NCBI GenBank assembly: GCA_028280145.1
Contig: JANQMM010000063.1
Span: forward strand, 1 to 53,385
DNA length: 53,385 nt
Reading direction: 5' to 3'
Source of the DNA: Minisyncoccota bacterium
Lineage (GTDB): Bacteria > Patescibacteriota > Minisyncoccia > Phycocordibacterales > JACZSL01
Shown: piece by piece, positions 18,634-29,260 of the stretch
Layout: each line of letters opens with the position of its first letter
How positions within the stretch are numbered: the stretch's first letter is position 1
The notes under the pieces: model-generated
Databases searched by the model: none
Told to the model about the DNA's origin: nothing
Seen by the model: only the letters and a program-made list of their open reading frames with translations
Made by a program: the position numbers and the translations under genes

Positions 18634-21216
18634 ATGGAGATTTTCAAGAAACAACGGGAAGAAGGTGATCATACAGAGCATCACACGGAGCACGAAACAC
18701 AGCTTTCTCAAGAAAGAACGGCAGATAACCGAGTCCTTGATACGTACTCATTCTGGACGTTTCTTGCCATGCTATTCCTCCTTCCTATCGTGTTCATTCC
18801 TTCAATTTCTATTCCATTTCAGTTCACGAAAACCATTTTGGTATTTGCCGGCGTACTCATTGCCCTCCTCATCACACTCATAGCACGACTCAAAGAAGGC
18901 AGATTAACACTACCGTCGCACTACCTCCTATACGCTGTCTGGGCGCTTCCGGTTGTGTATTTCATCTCGGCACTTTTCTCAGAAAGTCCCAAGGCGTCAT
19001 TTCTCGGTCAGGCACTTGAAATAGATACGTTCGCATTCATCACGCTCATGGCCGTCTTTGCCACACTTGTGGTTATGGTGATCCGTTCGAAAGAGCAGGT
19101 GCTTTCCTCGTACCTCATCCTTTTCACTTCCTTTATCGTTCTTTGGGTGTTCCAGGGACTTCGACTCATTTTCGGCCCTGATTTTCTTGCGTTCAACACA
19201 TTGACGCTTGCAACATCAAATGTATTCGGGAAATGGAACGACCTCTCTATCTTCTTTGGTCTTGCGACAGTGATGTCACTTGTAACGCTGGCGAGTCTTA
19301 AGCTGAGCGCGACATACAAGCGCGTGCTCTACGTAATGCTCATCGTCTCACTCTTCTTCCTTGCGGTGGTGAATTTCACCATTACATGGGCTATTGTTGG
19401 TCTCTTCGCTCTCGGGTTTCTTGTACACAGCGTGGGTATTACCCGCTTCAACTGGAAAAAAGCACAGCCACTTGCCTTGCATGAAGAGGTACCACCACAG
19501 GAAACGTCATCCAAGGGTGCCAAAAACATTTCTGCTGCCTCAGCAATAGTATTCGTTATTGCTCTACTCTTTGTCGGTTCAAGCTTTACGGAGAACGATC
19601 GTGTTGGAAATGCGCTTTCAAACACATTCAACATCTCACAAATAGAGGCTCGTCCGTCGTGGACCAGTACCATTGATATTGCAAGAGCATCGTATACGGA
19701 CAATGCCTTCCTTGGCTCAGGACCAAACACATTCGTAAAGGAATGGGTCACGTCTCGACCACAGGAACTTAATAATTCCATCTTCTGGAACGCGGACTTT
19801 GTTTCAGGTATCGGCATCATTCCGACTGCCTTTATAAGCGTGGGATTGATCGGTGGCCTGATATGGCTTCTTATCTTTGCCTCTTTTGTCTACAGCGGAT
19901 TTCGATCACTCATTCTTAATTCCGGAGACAATCGATTCTCGTACTACATCACCCTTTCATCATTCCTTGCAGGTCTCTACCTTTGGCTTCTGATGATCTT
20001 CTATACGCCGAATGTGGTGCTTGTTACGCTTGCATTCTTCTTCACCGGAATCTATCTTGCATCACTGCGCCACAACTCTGCAGGAAAGTTGCGAGAACGG
20101 ACATATGTCTTTGCAGGTAATCCTAAGACAGGGTTCGCCTCGGTCTTCACACTTACATTCCTTTTGCTTGTCACTATAGTTGCAGGCTGGTCTGCTTTCG
20201 GCATTTATCGTTCGGCTGTTGCGTTTCAGTCGGGTGTGATAGCGCTTAACGTAGACGGAGATATCGATCGGGCACAAGACCTGATCGCAAAATCTGCATC
20301 AATCTATGAAACAGACCGGCAGTACCGACTGCTTGCAGATATCAGTACTGCCCGCGTGATCGCTTTGCAATCAGCGACCGGCCTAAGTGAGGACGAGCTT
20401 CGGGAACAATTCCAGTTCCGGCTTGCTCAGGCAATTGAAGCCGGACAAAAAGCGACTGAACTTGATCCGAATAACTATCAAAACTGGCTTTCACTCGGAC
20501 GTGTGTACCAGTCAGTTGTTCCACTTCGCATTGAAGGGGCATATGAAAACGCGCAAAACAGTTTTGATCAGGCACTTGAACTGAACCCGAATGGCCCGGC
20601 GACCTACCTTACAATGGCGCGACTTGAGGTTGCAAATGGAGACACGCTTAGAGCTCGTGACCACATCGCATCAGCGTTGCAACTCAAAAGCAATTATACC
20701 GAAGCCATTTTCCTCCTTTCACAGCTTGAGATCAGTGAAGGCAATGTCGATGAAGCGATTGCTTCGATCGAAGCGGCGGCAATTCTGACACAGAATAACC
20801 CGGTGATTTTCTTCCAGCTTGGACTTCTCAAGTACAACCAGACCGATTACGAAGGTGCTCAGACCGCGTTTAGGCGTGCGGTGCAGTTGAGCAATGATTA
20901 TGCAAATGCACTGTACTTCCTCGGTCTTACAGAGGACAGACTTGGGAATACGGATGACGCTATCGTATTCTTCGAAAGGGTCTCAGCGCTTAATCCCAAC
21001 AACGAAGAGGTGATATCAATTCTTGAGAACCTCAATGCCGGAAGGGCACCATTTGCCGGGCAGACACCTGAGCCGCCGGCTATTCCTGACGAGCTTCCTT
21101 TTGAAGAATCTCCTGAAGGAGAAACAGCAGATACCGACACTCTTGATATAGAGGAAGACGAAGAGGCAGGTGAGGGCGACGAAGCGTCTGATGAGGAAGA
21201 ACCTACTGAAGGCTAG
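18634..21216 (+). CDS. Polytopic membrane protein (O-antigen-ligase/Wzy-like by context) with C-terminal TPR repeats and an acidic tail
   Basis: About 12 or more TM helices in aa 40-520, then clear TPR units (YQNWLSLGRVYQS..., ATYLTMARLEVANGD..., YTEAIFLLSQLEISEGN..., ANALYFLGLTEDRLGN...). The Wzy_C assignment is inference, not a motif match. Confidence 0.55.
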   Translation: MEIFKKQREEGDHTEHHTEHETQLSQERTADNRVLDTYSFWTFLAMLFLLPIVFIPSISIPFQFTKTILVFAGVLIALLITLIARLKEGRLTLPSHYLLYAVWALPVVYFISALFSESPKASFLGQALEIDTFAFITLMAVFATLVVMVIRSKEQVLSSYLILFTSFIVLWVFQGLRLIFGPDFLAFNTLTLATSNVFGKWNDLSIFFGLATVMSLVTLASLKLSATYKRVLYVMLIVSLFFLAVVNFTITWAIVGLFALGFLVHSVGITRFNWKKAQPLALHEEVPPQETSSKGAKNISAASAIVFVIALLFVGSSFTENDRVGNALSNTFNISQIEARPSWTSTIDIARASYTDNAFLGSGPNTFVKEWVTSRPQELNNSIFWNADFVSGIGIIPTAFISVGLIGGLIWLLIFASFVYSGFRSLILNSGDNRFSYYITLSSFLAGLYLWLLMIFYTPNVVLVTLAFFFTGIYLASLRHNSAGKLRERTYVFAGNPKTGFASVFTLTFLLLVTIVAGWSAFGIYRSAVAFQSGVIALNVDGDIDRAQDLIAKSASIYETDRQYRLLADISTARVIALQSATGLSEDELREQFQFRLAQAIEAGQKATELDPNNYQNWLSLGRVYQSVVPLRIEGAYENAQNSFDQALELNPNGPATYLTMARLEVANGDTLRARDHIASALQLKSNYTEAIFLLSQLEISEGNVDEAIASIEAAAILTQNNPVIFFQLGLLKYNQTDYEGAQTAFRRAVQLSNDYANALYFLGLTEDRLGNTDDAIVFFERVSALNPNNEEVISILENLNAGRAPFAGQTPEPPAIPDELPFEESPEGETADTDTLDIEEDEEAGEGDEASDEEEPTEG

Positions 21217-21257
21217 GTTGGTTCTAGACACTACCCCCACTACATAAACGGGATAGA

Positions 21258-22922
21258 ATGGTTAGACGAATCTTACATGTACTTCAAAAAGAGGTACGCG
21301 GTCTCCATGAGGCAGCGTACCTTTTAGGTGTATTTGCCGCACTCTCCCAAATACTTGCGCTTATTCGTGACAGATTGCTCACCCATTCTTTTGGTGCAGG
21401 CGAGATATTGGATGTCTATTACGCGGCATTTCGAATTCCTGACTTCATCTTTGTCACCGTTGCATCCATTGTTTCACTTTCCGTACTCATTCCGTTTCTT
21501 GTTGAGAAAACGAATACGTCACGGTCTGCCGGACAATCGTTTATTGGAGGCGTCTTCAGCTTCTTTGCTCTCTCCATGCTTGTCGTTGGTGGTGTGGCGT
21601 TCATGCTTGCTCCATATCTTCTTGCGAAACTGTTTCCGGGCTTCAGTGGAGAGGCGTTTGATGATCTGGTGTTGGTAACCCGAATATTGCTTCTTCAGCC
21701 GATCCTTCTTGGTGCTTCAAGCCTTTTTGCATCCGTGGTGCACGTGTATCGCAAATTCATGCTTTATGCAGTAAGTCCGCTTCTCTACAACATAGGCATC
21801 ATCATTGGTATTCTTTTCTTTTACGATATTTTCGGTATCGCGGGGCTTGCCTACGGAGTGGTATTGGGAGCACTGTTACATCTTGGGATACAAATACCAT
21901 TCATTGTAAGTAGCGGGTATTTGCCGCGATTTCAAGTTACTCATCACTTTGGGGAGATCAAACGGATCATCCTTCTCTCCCTTCCGCGAACGCTGGCTCT
22001 TTCTTCAAATCATATCGCATTATTTGTACTCATTGGTCTTGCCTCAGTGATGAGTATCGGGTCTATTTCCGTCTTTACTCTTGCCTTCAACCTTCAGTCC
22101 GTGCCACTTGCCATCATAGGGGCAAGTTATTCCGTCGCCGCGTTTCCAACGCTTGCACGACTTTTCAATAATGGTAATCGTGAGAAATTCTTTGAACACA
22201 TCGTGGTGGCGACCCGACATATCATCTTCTGGTCATTTCCGGCGATCGCACTCTTTATTGTGCTTCGGGCACAGATCGTACGTGTCATTCTGGGAACCGG
22301 TGAGTTTACCTGGACTGATACACGACTGACTGCCGCGGCACTTGCCCTTTTTGCTCTCTCACTCGTTGCACAAAGCCTTGTGCTTCTTTTTGTGCGTGGC
22401 TATTATGCGGCAGGGAAAACAGCAAAACCGGTCTTGATCAATGTTTTTTCATCAGTGCTTATTATTATTTTCGCGTTTCTCTTTAAGCATCTCTACGAAA
22501 CAGTGCCGACGTGGCAGTATTTCTTTGAATCACTTCTTCGTGTTGAGGGGATTGAGGGAACGATCGTACTCATGCTTCCGTTTGCTTATTCATGCGCACT
22601 TCTTATTAATGCCGCGCTATTCTGGGTAAGTTTTCAGTATGATTTCAAACGCTTTTCAAAGGCACTCTCAGTCACTTTTTTCCAGAGCCTTGCCGGAGCG
22701 GTGGTCATGGGGTTTGTGTCGTGGCGGATGCTTGAGTTGCTTGATGACGTGTTTGATATAAACACATTTCTTGGTATCTTTGGGCAGGGACTCATTGCCG
22801 GCATTGTGGGTATATGCTTTGGCGTTCTGACTCTCAAATTACTTCGAAGTAAGGAGCTTACGGAAGTGTGGAAGTCTCTCCACAGTAAATTCTGGAAAAC
22901 AACAGTTATTTCTTCCGAATAA
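21258..22922 (+). CDS. murJ: Lipid II flippase MurJ/MviN
   Basis: LSQILALIRDRLLTHSFGAGEILDVYYAAFRIPDFIF matches the MurJ N-terminal signature. 14-TM-like profile. Confidence 0.8.
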   Translation: MVRRILHVLQKEVRGLHEAAYLLGVFAALSQILALIRDRLLTHSFGAGEILDVYYAAFRIPDFIFVTVASIVSLSVLIPFLVEKTNTSRSAGQSFIGGVFSFFALSMLVVGGVAFMLAPYLLAKLFPGFSGEAFDDLVLVTRILLLQPILLGASSLFASVVHVYRKFMLYAVSPLLYNIGIIIGILFFYDIFGIAGLAYGVVLGALLHLGIQIPFIVSSGYLPRFQVTHHFGEIKRIILLSLPRTLALSSNHIALFVLIGLASVMSIGSISVFTLAFNLQSVPLAIIGASYSVAAFPTLARLFNNGNREKFFEHIVVATRHIIFWSFPAIALFIVLRAQIVRVILGTGEFTWTDTRLTAAALALFALSLVAQSLVLLFVRGYYAAGKTAKPVLINVFSSVLIIIFAFLFKHLYETVPTWQYFFESLLRVEGIEGTIVLMLPFAYSCALLINAALFWVSFQYDFKRFSKALSVTFFQSLAGAVVMGFVSWRMLELLDDVFDINTFLGIFGQGLIAGIVGICFGVLTLKLLRSKELTEVWKSLHSKFWKTTVISSE

Positions 22923-22923
22923 C

Positions 22924-24714
22924 ATGGACACAAAACACATAAGAAATTTTTCTATCATCGCACATATCGATCACGGGAAGTCCACGCTTGCCGACAGGAT
23001 GCTTGAGATCACCAACACTGTTGAAGCCCGCAAAATGAAAGACCAGGTGCTTGACCAGATGGAACTTGAACGGGAGCGGGGCATTACGATCAAGATGCAG
23101 CCGGTTACTATGCGGCATAAAAAGAGCGAGGAATTATACACACTAAATCTCATAGATACTCCCGGACACATAGACTTTTCGTATGAAGTGTCGCGCGCGC
23201 TAAAGGCCGTTGAAGGAACGGTGCTTTTGGTAGACAGCACGCAAGGGGTTCAAGCACAAACCCTTACGACACTCAATCTTGCAAAGGAATTCGGGCTTAC
23301 TATTATACCCGCGCTTTCCAAGATAGATTCACCGCTTGCGCGTGTTGATGAAGTAAAAGAGGAGGTAATGAATCTTTTGGAATGTGACGAGAGCGATATT
23401 CTGCTATGTTCAGGGAAGACCGGAGAAGGTGTCAGAGAATTGCTTGATGTGGTGGTAGAGAGGATTCCGGAGCCAACCTTTGAAGTAGAAGATGATTTTC
23501 GTTCACTCATATTTGATTTTCAATATTCCAATCATAGAGGTGTGATCGTCTTCATCCGAACTTTCGACGGGTCGGTCAAGAAAGGCGATGTACTTCGCTT
23601 TAGCGCAACAGGCCGTAAATTTACCGCACTTGAAGTAGGCATCTTCTCTCCGGAAGAGACGCCGACAGAAAAACTGGAAAAAGGAAGCATCGGGTATGTT
23701 GTAACAGGTATTAAGCAGGCAGGCGTGGCGTCGGTCGGAGATACCCTTACGTATGACAAAAGTTCACTTACAGCATATGACGGATACATGCAGCCAAGCT
23801 CTGTCGTGTGGGCCAGCGTGTACCCTGAAAGCCAGGATGATTTTACGGAATTGAAACAATCACTTGACCGGCTCCAGCTTTCGGATTCATCACTTTCATT
23901 TGAGGAAGAGAGCTCAGGTGTATTGGGGCGTGGTTTTCGATGCGGCTTTCTTGGTATGCTTCATCTTGAGATCGTAACTGAACGACTAAGACGAGAGTTC
24001 GATCTGGACCTTACCGTAACACTTCCAAGTATCACGTATGAAGCTGAGCTCAAAAACGGAAAAAGAGCTGTCATATATTCACCCATACATTTTCCGGATG
24101 ACGGGTCGGTCGCGCGAGTGTTCGAGCCATGGGTTGAAATACAGCTCATAACACCAAGCGAGTATATCAGCGCGATAATGCAACTTTTGTATGAACATGA
24201 AGCAGTAATAGGGGTAAGTGAAACATTTGGTGACGGGAGAACGATGTTCCTGATCGAGATGCCACTGCGAGAGCTGATGCGCAATTTCTTTGCGAGGATA
24301 AAGACCGCATCAAGCGGGTTTGCTTCTTTGTCGTATTCCATAGGGGATCTAAGGCCCGCAGATGTCGTAAGGCTTGACATGTTGGTTGCAGAAGAACTTG
24401 TTCCGGCCTTTTCAAAAGTGGTCTCACGCAGACGTGTTCAGGAAGAGGCAGAGACGATGGTGGACAAGTTGTATAAGAGTTTGCCACGCCAGCAAATAGT
24501 CACAAAAATTCAGGCAAAGTCCATGGGACGTATTCTTTCCGCAAAGAAGCTCTCAGCAATGAAAAAAGATGTCACCGCAGGTCTTTATGGAGGGGATATT
24601 ACCCGAAAGATGAAGCTTCGGGAGAAACAAAAGAAGGGCAAGAAAAAAATGCAGGCACACGGAAAGGTGAATATTCCACATGAAGTGTTCATCAAAATGA
24701 TCCAATCGGAATAA
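22924..24714 (+). CDS. lepA: Elongation factor 4 (LepA)
   Basis: IRNFSIIAHIDHGKSTLADR, LIDTPGHIDF, and the conserved C-terminal LepA domain (KKLSAMKKDVTAGLYGGDITRK). Confidence 0.95.
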   Translation: MDTKHIRNFSIIAHIDHGKSTLADRMLEITNTVEARKMKDQVLDQMELERERGITIKMQPVTMRHKKSEELYTLNLIDTPGHIDFSYEVSRALKAVEGTVLLVDSTQGVQAQTLTTLNLAKEFGLTIIPALSKIDSPLARVDEVKEEVMNLLECDESDILLCSGKTGEGVRELLDVVVERIPEPTFEVEDDFRSLIFDFQYSNHRGVIVFIRTFDGSVKKGDVLRFSATGRKFTALEVGIFSPEETPTEKLEKGSIGYVVTGIKQAGVASVGDTLTYDKSSLTAYDGYMQPSSVVWASVYPESQDDFTELKQSLDRLQLSDSSLSFEEESSGVLGRGFRCGFLGMLHLEIVTERLRREFDLDLTVTLPSITYEAELKNGKRAVIYSPIHFPDDGSVARVFEPWVEIQLITPSEYISAIMQLLYEHEAVIGVSETFGDGRTMFLIEMPLRELMRNFFARIKTASSGFASLSYSIGDLRPADVVRLDMLVAEELVPAFSKVVSRRRVQEEAETMVDKLYKSLPRQQIVTKIQAKSMGRILSAKKLSAMKKDVTAGLYGGDITRKMKLREKQKKGKKKMQAHGKVNIPHEVFIKMIQSE

Positions 24715-24742
24715 AAAAAGCCCCGCGCACCGCGGGGCTTTC
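24715..24742. terminator. Bidirectional terminator (lepA and the convergent small ORF)
   Basis: AAAAA-GCCCCGCG-CAC-CGCGGGGC-TTT. The T-run is better on the minus strand. Confidence 0.75.
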
Positions 24743-24755
24743 GCATCAATCCCCT

Positions 24756-24956
24756 TCATTGGGGTCTGTTGTCTCGAAATCGCTTCCTGAGCTCCTTGGC
24801 ATGGATCCGTTCGACCGCGAATGAACGTGGTGTCAACAGGGCCCGAAGCAACAGGGGCATTTCTGTTCGTTCGTTGTCGTAGAACTTGATGATGCGGGTG
24901 CGAAACACCAAAAGAAGCATCACAAGCCCCAACAACACGATAACTGCAAGGCTCAT
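24756..24956 (-). CDS. Small membrane protein (66 aa), hypothetical
   Basis: GGAGG lies 7 nt upstream of the ATG. One N-terminal TM helix (LAVIVLLGLVMLLLVF), a basic C-terminus, and the terminator immediately downstream. Confidence 0.5.
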   Translation of the reverse strand: MSLAVIVLLGLVMLLLVFRTRIIKFYDNERTEMPLLLRALLTPRSFAVERIHAKELRKRFRDNRPQ

Positions 24957-25026
24957 CTCTCAACCTCCGTCTCGTTGATACGGAATTTATGATGCCATTA
25001 TCACACGCCAACTGTCAAACAGTTGC

Positions 25027-25146
25027 TTAGAACGGCAGTCCGTGCCCCGGAGGAGCAAAATAGAGCAAGGTCATGCTCAAAATGATGAGGATGCTGACAA
25101 CGATCCCCATACCCTTCATAAATTTTTGTGCTTTTTTGCCAAACAT
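25027..25146 (-). CDS. Possible 39-aa micro-protein MFGKKAQKFMKGMGIVVSILIILSMTLLYFAPPGHGLPF
   Basis: Hand-translated and below the ORF-track cutoff. It has one TM helix. The SD is weak, so the call is tentative. Confidence 0.25.
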   Translation of the reverse strand: MFGKKAQKFMKGMGIVVSILIILSMTLLYFAPPGHGLPF

Positions 25147-25171
25147 AGCTAATATCTGTCTTTACCTTGTT

Positions 25172-25180
25172 TGGTATAAT
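25172..25180 (+). promoter_or_regulatory. Extended -10 (TGgTATAAT) upstream of the FtsB-like gene
   Basis: TGGTATAAT at 25172-25180, 64 nt before the ATG at 25244. Confidence 0.4.
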
Positions 25181-25243
25181 ATAGCATGAGATTTTCCGTA
25201 GGGAAAACCTGACACCAAGCACTAAGCCACTAAGCACTAGCAC

Positions 25244-25618
25244 ATGTTTGATTTTCACGAAAAAAGAAAGGCTCGTACCATCCTGTATTCCAAGCCGTTG
25301 TTGCTCTTCTTGGCGCTTATTGTGATCGGTATGACATATAGCGTGTACGGAGCGCTTGAAAAGGAACGAGATACAAGAACGACGCGAGACCAACGCGCTA
25401 CGGTACTTGACGAACTCCATATCCGTGAACATGTACTGCAACAGGAGATTGATCGTCTGAATACCGAAAAGGGGATCGAGTCGGAGATCCGTAGCAAATT
25501 TGAAGTCGCAAAGGACGGAGAGGAGGTGATCATTATCGTTGAAGCACCTGAAGAAGCGGAAGAAGATGTTGTCCCGGAAGAGGAGAAAGGCTTTTGGGCG
25601 AGACTTTTTGATTTCTGA
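25244..25618 (+). CDS. FtsB/DivIC-like septum formation initiator
   Basis: Short cytoplasmic N-terminus, one TM (LLLFLALIVIGMTYSVYG), a coiled coil, then IESEIRSKFEVAKDGEEVIIIV, which resembles the conserved DivIC/FtsB C-terminal box. Confidence 0.6.
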   Translation: MFDFHEKRKARTILYSKPLLLFLALIVIGMTYSVYGALEKERDTRTTRDQRATVLDELHIREHVLQQEIDRLNTEKGIESEIRSKFEVAKDGEEVIIIVEAPEEAEEDVVPEEEKGFWARLFDF

Positions 25619-25701
25619 GACTTGCATCACTCATGTGATATAATGTATGGACTCTTAAGAGAGCTATCGTTGCGTTATTTTATTTAGTTTAAAAAATATT
25701 T

Positions 25702-25953
25702 ATGGATAAGAAGATCGAAATTTATAGCACGCCGACCTGTCATTATTGTCAGATGACAAAGGAATTCTTGAAGGAAAAAGGGATTGAATATACGGATTAC
25801 AATGTGGCGGAAGATGCTGACAGGCGCTCGGAGATGATCGAGAAAAGCGGACAGATGGGTGTACCCGTTATCCTTATCAGCGGCGGAGAAGGAGAGCCTG
25901 AAATGATGATTGGTTTTGACCAGGAGAAGTTGTCGATAGCACTTGGGTTATAG
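25702..25953 (+). CDS. Glutaredoxin-like protein (NrdH/YruB type)
   Basis: 83 aa; IEIYSTPTCHYCQ (CxxC) and GVPVILI. Confidence 0.75.
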   Translation: MDKKIEIYSTPTCHYCQMTKEFLKEKGIEYTDYNVAEDADRRSEMIEKSGQMGVPVILISGGEGEPEMMIGFDQEKLSIALGL

Positions 25954-25976
25954 GATCGCAATGAAATAACTGAAAG

Positions 25977-26000
25977 AGTCGCCGCAAAGGCGATTTTTTC
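25977..26000 (+). terminator. Rho-independent terminator
   Basis: TCGCC-GCAAA-GGCGA followed by TTTTTT. Confidence 0.7.
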
Positions 26001-26089
26001 ATTGCAAGACGAACTGAAATACGTGCGCCGTACATCAGAAGTAGGTTAATTGAACAAACTTCTATTCGTATGATAAGGTAACACAATCA

Positions 26090-26164
26090 CTCCCCGTAGT
26101 TCAATGGATAGAACGGCTCCCTCCTAAGGAGCAGATGTAGGTTCGATTCCTACCGGGGAGACCA
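26090..26164 (+). tRNA. tRNA-Arg (anticodon CCT), CCA encoded
   Basis: Acceptor CTCCCCG/CGGGGAG, D arm GTTC-AATGGATA-GAAC, anticodon arm GCTCC-CTCCTAA-GGAGC, T arm GTAGG-TTCGATT-CCTAC, then ACCA. Confidence 0.9.
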
Positions 26165-26193
26165 CAGAATAAAGAAGTAATTGACCCTATGCC

Positions 26194-27477
<1,284 letters not shown>

Positions 27478-27509
27478 TCAAATTATTAAAGTAAGTTATA
27501 ATATCGTCG

Positions 27510-29177
27510 ATGGCTGTTATTACAATTTATGATACATCGGAGCTCGATAAGCGGCAATTAACAGCTGGCCTTGAGGAGACCGATCACCGCTATAATTTTG
27601 TTGAAGATAAGATTTCACTGGATAATCTTGATCCGGAATCCGAGATCATTTCGGTTTTTGTAAGTTCTACGGTCACACGAGAAATGATCGAAAGACTACC
27701 GAAGCTGACGCTTATCTGCTGTCGCTCAACCGGATACAACAATATCGATCTTGAAGCGGCAAAGGAGCGCAATATCACAGTGGTCAATGTTCCTACATAT
27801 GGAGATGTCACTGTAGCTGAATATGCATTCACAATGCTTTTGGCATTGACCCGCAAACTTGAAGAAGTGCTTGAGGCCGAGAATGAGCCGTTTGAAGCAA
27901 AGGAGCTTTCCGGACATGATCTTTCCGGAAAAACATTTGGAGTAATTGGCACCGGACGCATCGGGCAAAAGGCACTGAAGATCGCCAATGGTTTTTCCAT
28001 GCGAACTATTGCCTGTGACGCTTTCCCAAACGATGCTCTTACAAGTGAACTCAATTTTGCATATGTAAGCCTTGAGGAACTCTTGGCTCAGGCCGATATC
28101 ATTTCACTTCATGTGCCGTATAACCCCGATACACACCATCTGATGAATCGACAACGTCTTGAGTCCATGAAGTCGGGGGCAATTCTTATAAATACGGCTC
28201 GCGGTGCGCTTGTTGATACAAGAGCATTAGTAGAACTTTTGGATAATGGACATCTTGGTGGGGCCGCGCTCGACGTGGTCGAAGGTGAGAAACTTCTGGA
28301 TTACGAAGAACAGATGGCGCTTATTGCAAGTGGAGAAACAGAGGAGGATACGCTTCGTCACAGTGTTGAGATATCCGCGCTGAAAAAGATGCCTAATGTA
28401 ATAATCAGTCCGCATAATGCGTATAACACCATTGAGGCGATTGGTCGCATTAATGGAACCACTGTCCGGAATATCATAGGTTTTTATAACGGTGATATAC
28501 CCAATAAAGTTGGTGTAAAGCAAAAGTTAGGAAAACTTATTCTTCTTCGGCACACTCAGTCAGAATGGAATGCAAGCGGGACGTGGACGGGGCTCACTGA
28601 CATTTGTCTTAGCGAAAAGGGTCGGAAAGATTGCGTGCCTTTGGGGATTAAGTTGAAAGAGTTGGGCATAGATATCAATGTTGCTTGTCACACTGAACTG
28701 AGTCGTACCAAAGAAACACTTACGGGCGTGTGCCAGGTCATAGGAGAAGATGGTCTTGAGGTCATAAGCGAAAGCGCGTTTAATGAGCGGGATTACGGAA
28801 CATATACCGGCAAGAATAAATGGTCAGTCAAAGACGAACTTGGTGAAGAGGAGTTTAATAAACTCAGACGTGGTTGGGATGTGCATATTCCCGATGGAGA
28901 GACGCTTAAAATGGTATACGAGCGCGTGGTGCCGGCATACAATGACAAAATTTTGCCAATGCTACGGACGGGAAAGAATGTGCTCATCGTGGCTCACGGC
29001 AATAGCCTGCGGGCTTTGATCAAGCACCTTGAATCGGTCCCTGATGACGACATTGCAAGCGTAGAGATGCCGTTGTGTAAGATCATAATATACGAAGTGG
29101 ATCCCGTGACCGGCCTTAAGAAGTCAGTAGAGATAATCGAGACAGAAACCACACCAAATGAACCGGTGACCTGTTAA
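27510..29177 (+). CDS. Fusion of a D-isomer 2-hydroxyacid dehydrogenase (LdhA/SerA-like) and a 2,3-BPG-dependent phosphoglycerate mutase (GpmA-like)
   Basis: N-terminal half: GVIGTGRIGQKA (NAD site), ARGALVD, LDVVEGE, ISPHNAYNT. C-terminal half from about aa 343: LILLRHTQSEWN, FNERDYGTYTG, RRGWDVHIPDGETL, VAHGNSLRALIKHL. One uninterrupted frame. Confidence 0.85.
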   Translation: MAVITIYDTSELDKRQLTAGLEETDHRYNFVEDKISLDNLDPESEIISVFVSSTVTREMIERLPKLTLICCRSTGYNNIDLEAAKERNITVVNVPTYGDVTVAEYAFTMLLALTRKLEEVLEAENEPFEAKELSGHDLSGKTFGVIGTGRIGQKALKIANGFSMRTIACDAFPNDALTSELNFAYVSLEELLAQADIISLHVPYNPDTHHLMNRQRLESMKSGAILINTARGALVDTRALVELLDNGHLGGAALDVVEGEKLLDYEEQMALIASGETEEDTLRHSVEISALKKMPNVIISPHNAYNTIEAIGRINGTTVRNIIGFYNGDIPNKVGVKQKLGKLILLRHTQSEWNASGTWTGLTDICLSEKGRKDCVPLGIKLKELGIDINVACHTELSRTKETLTGVCQVIGEDGLEVISESAFNERDYGTYTGKNKWSVKDELGEEEFNKLRRGWDVHIPDGETLKMVYERVVPAYNDKILPMLRTGKNVLIVAHGNSLRALIKHLESVPDDDIASVEMPLCKIIIYEVDPVTGLKKSVEIIETETTPNEPVTC

Positions 29178-29260
29178 AAATGATCGAAAAAGTGATAGAA
29201 TCAAGGGGTATAGTACTTAACTTAAGTGTTACACTTATATAATCTAAAGGGGAAAATTAT

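Noticed and set aside
25001-25630. 209-aa minus-strand ORF.
   Set aside because: It is antisense to the better-supported FtsB-like gene (25244..25618). It also spans the promoter region and the micro-ORF. It has no SD and an implausible composition.
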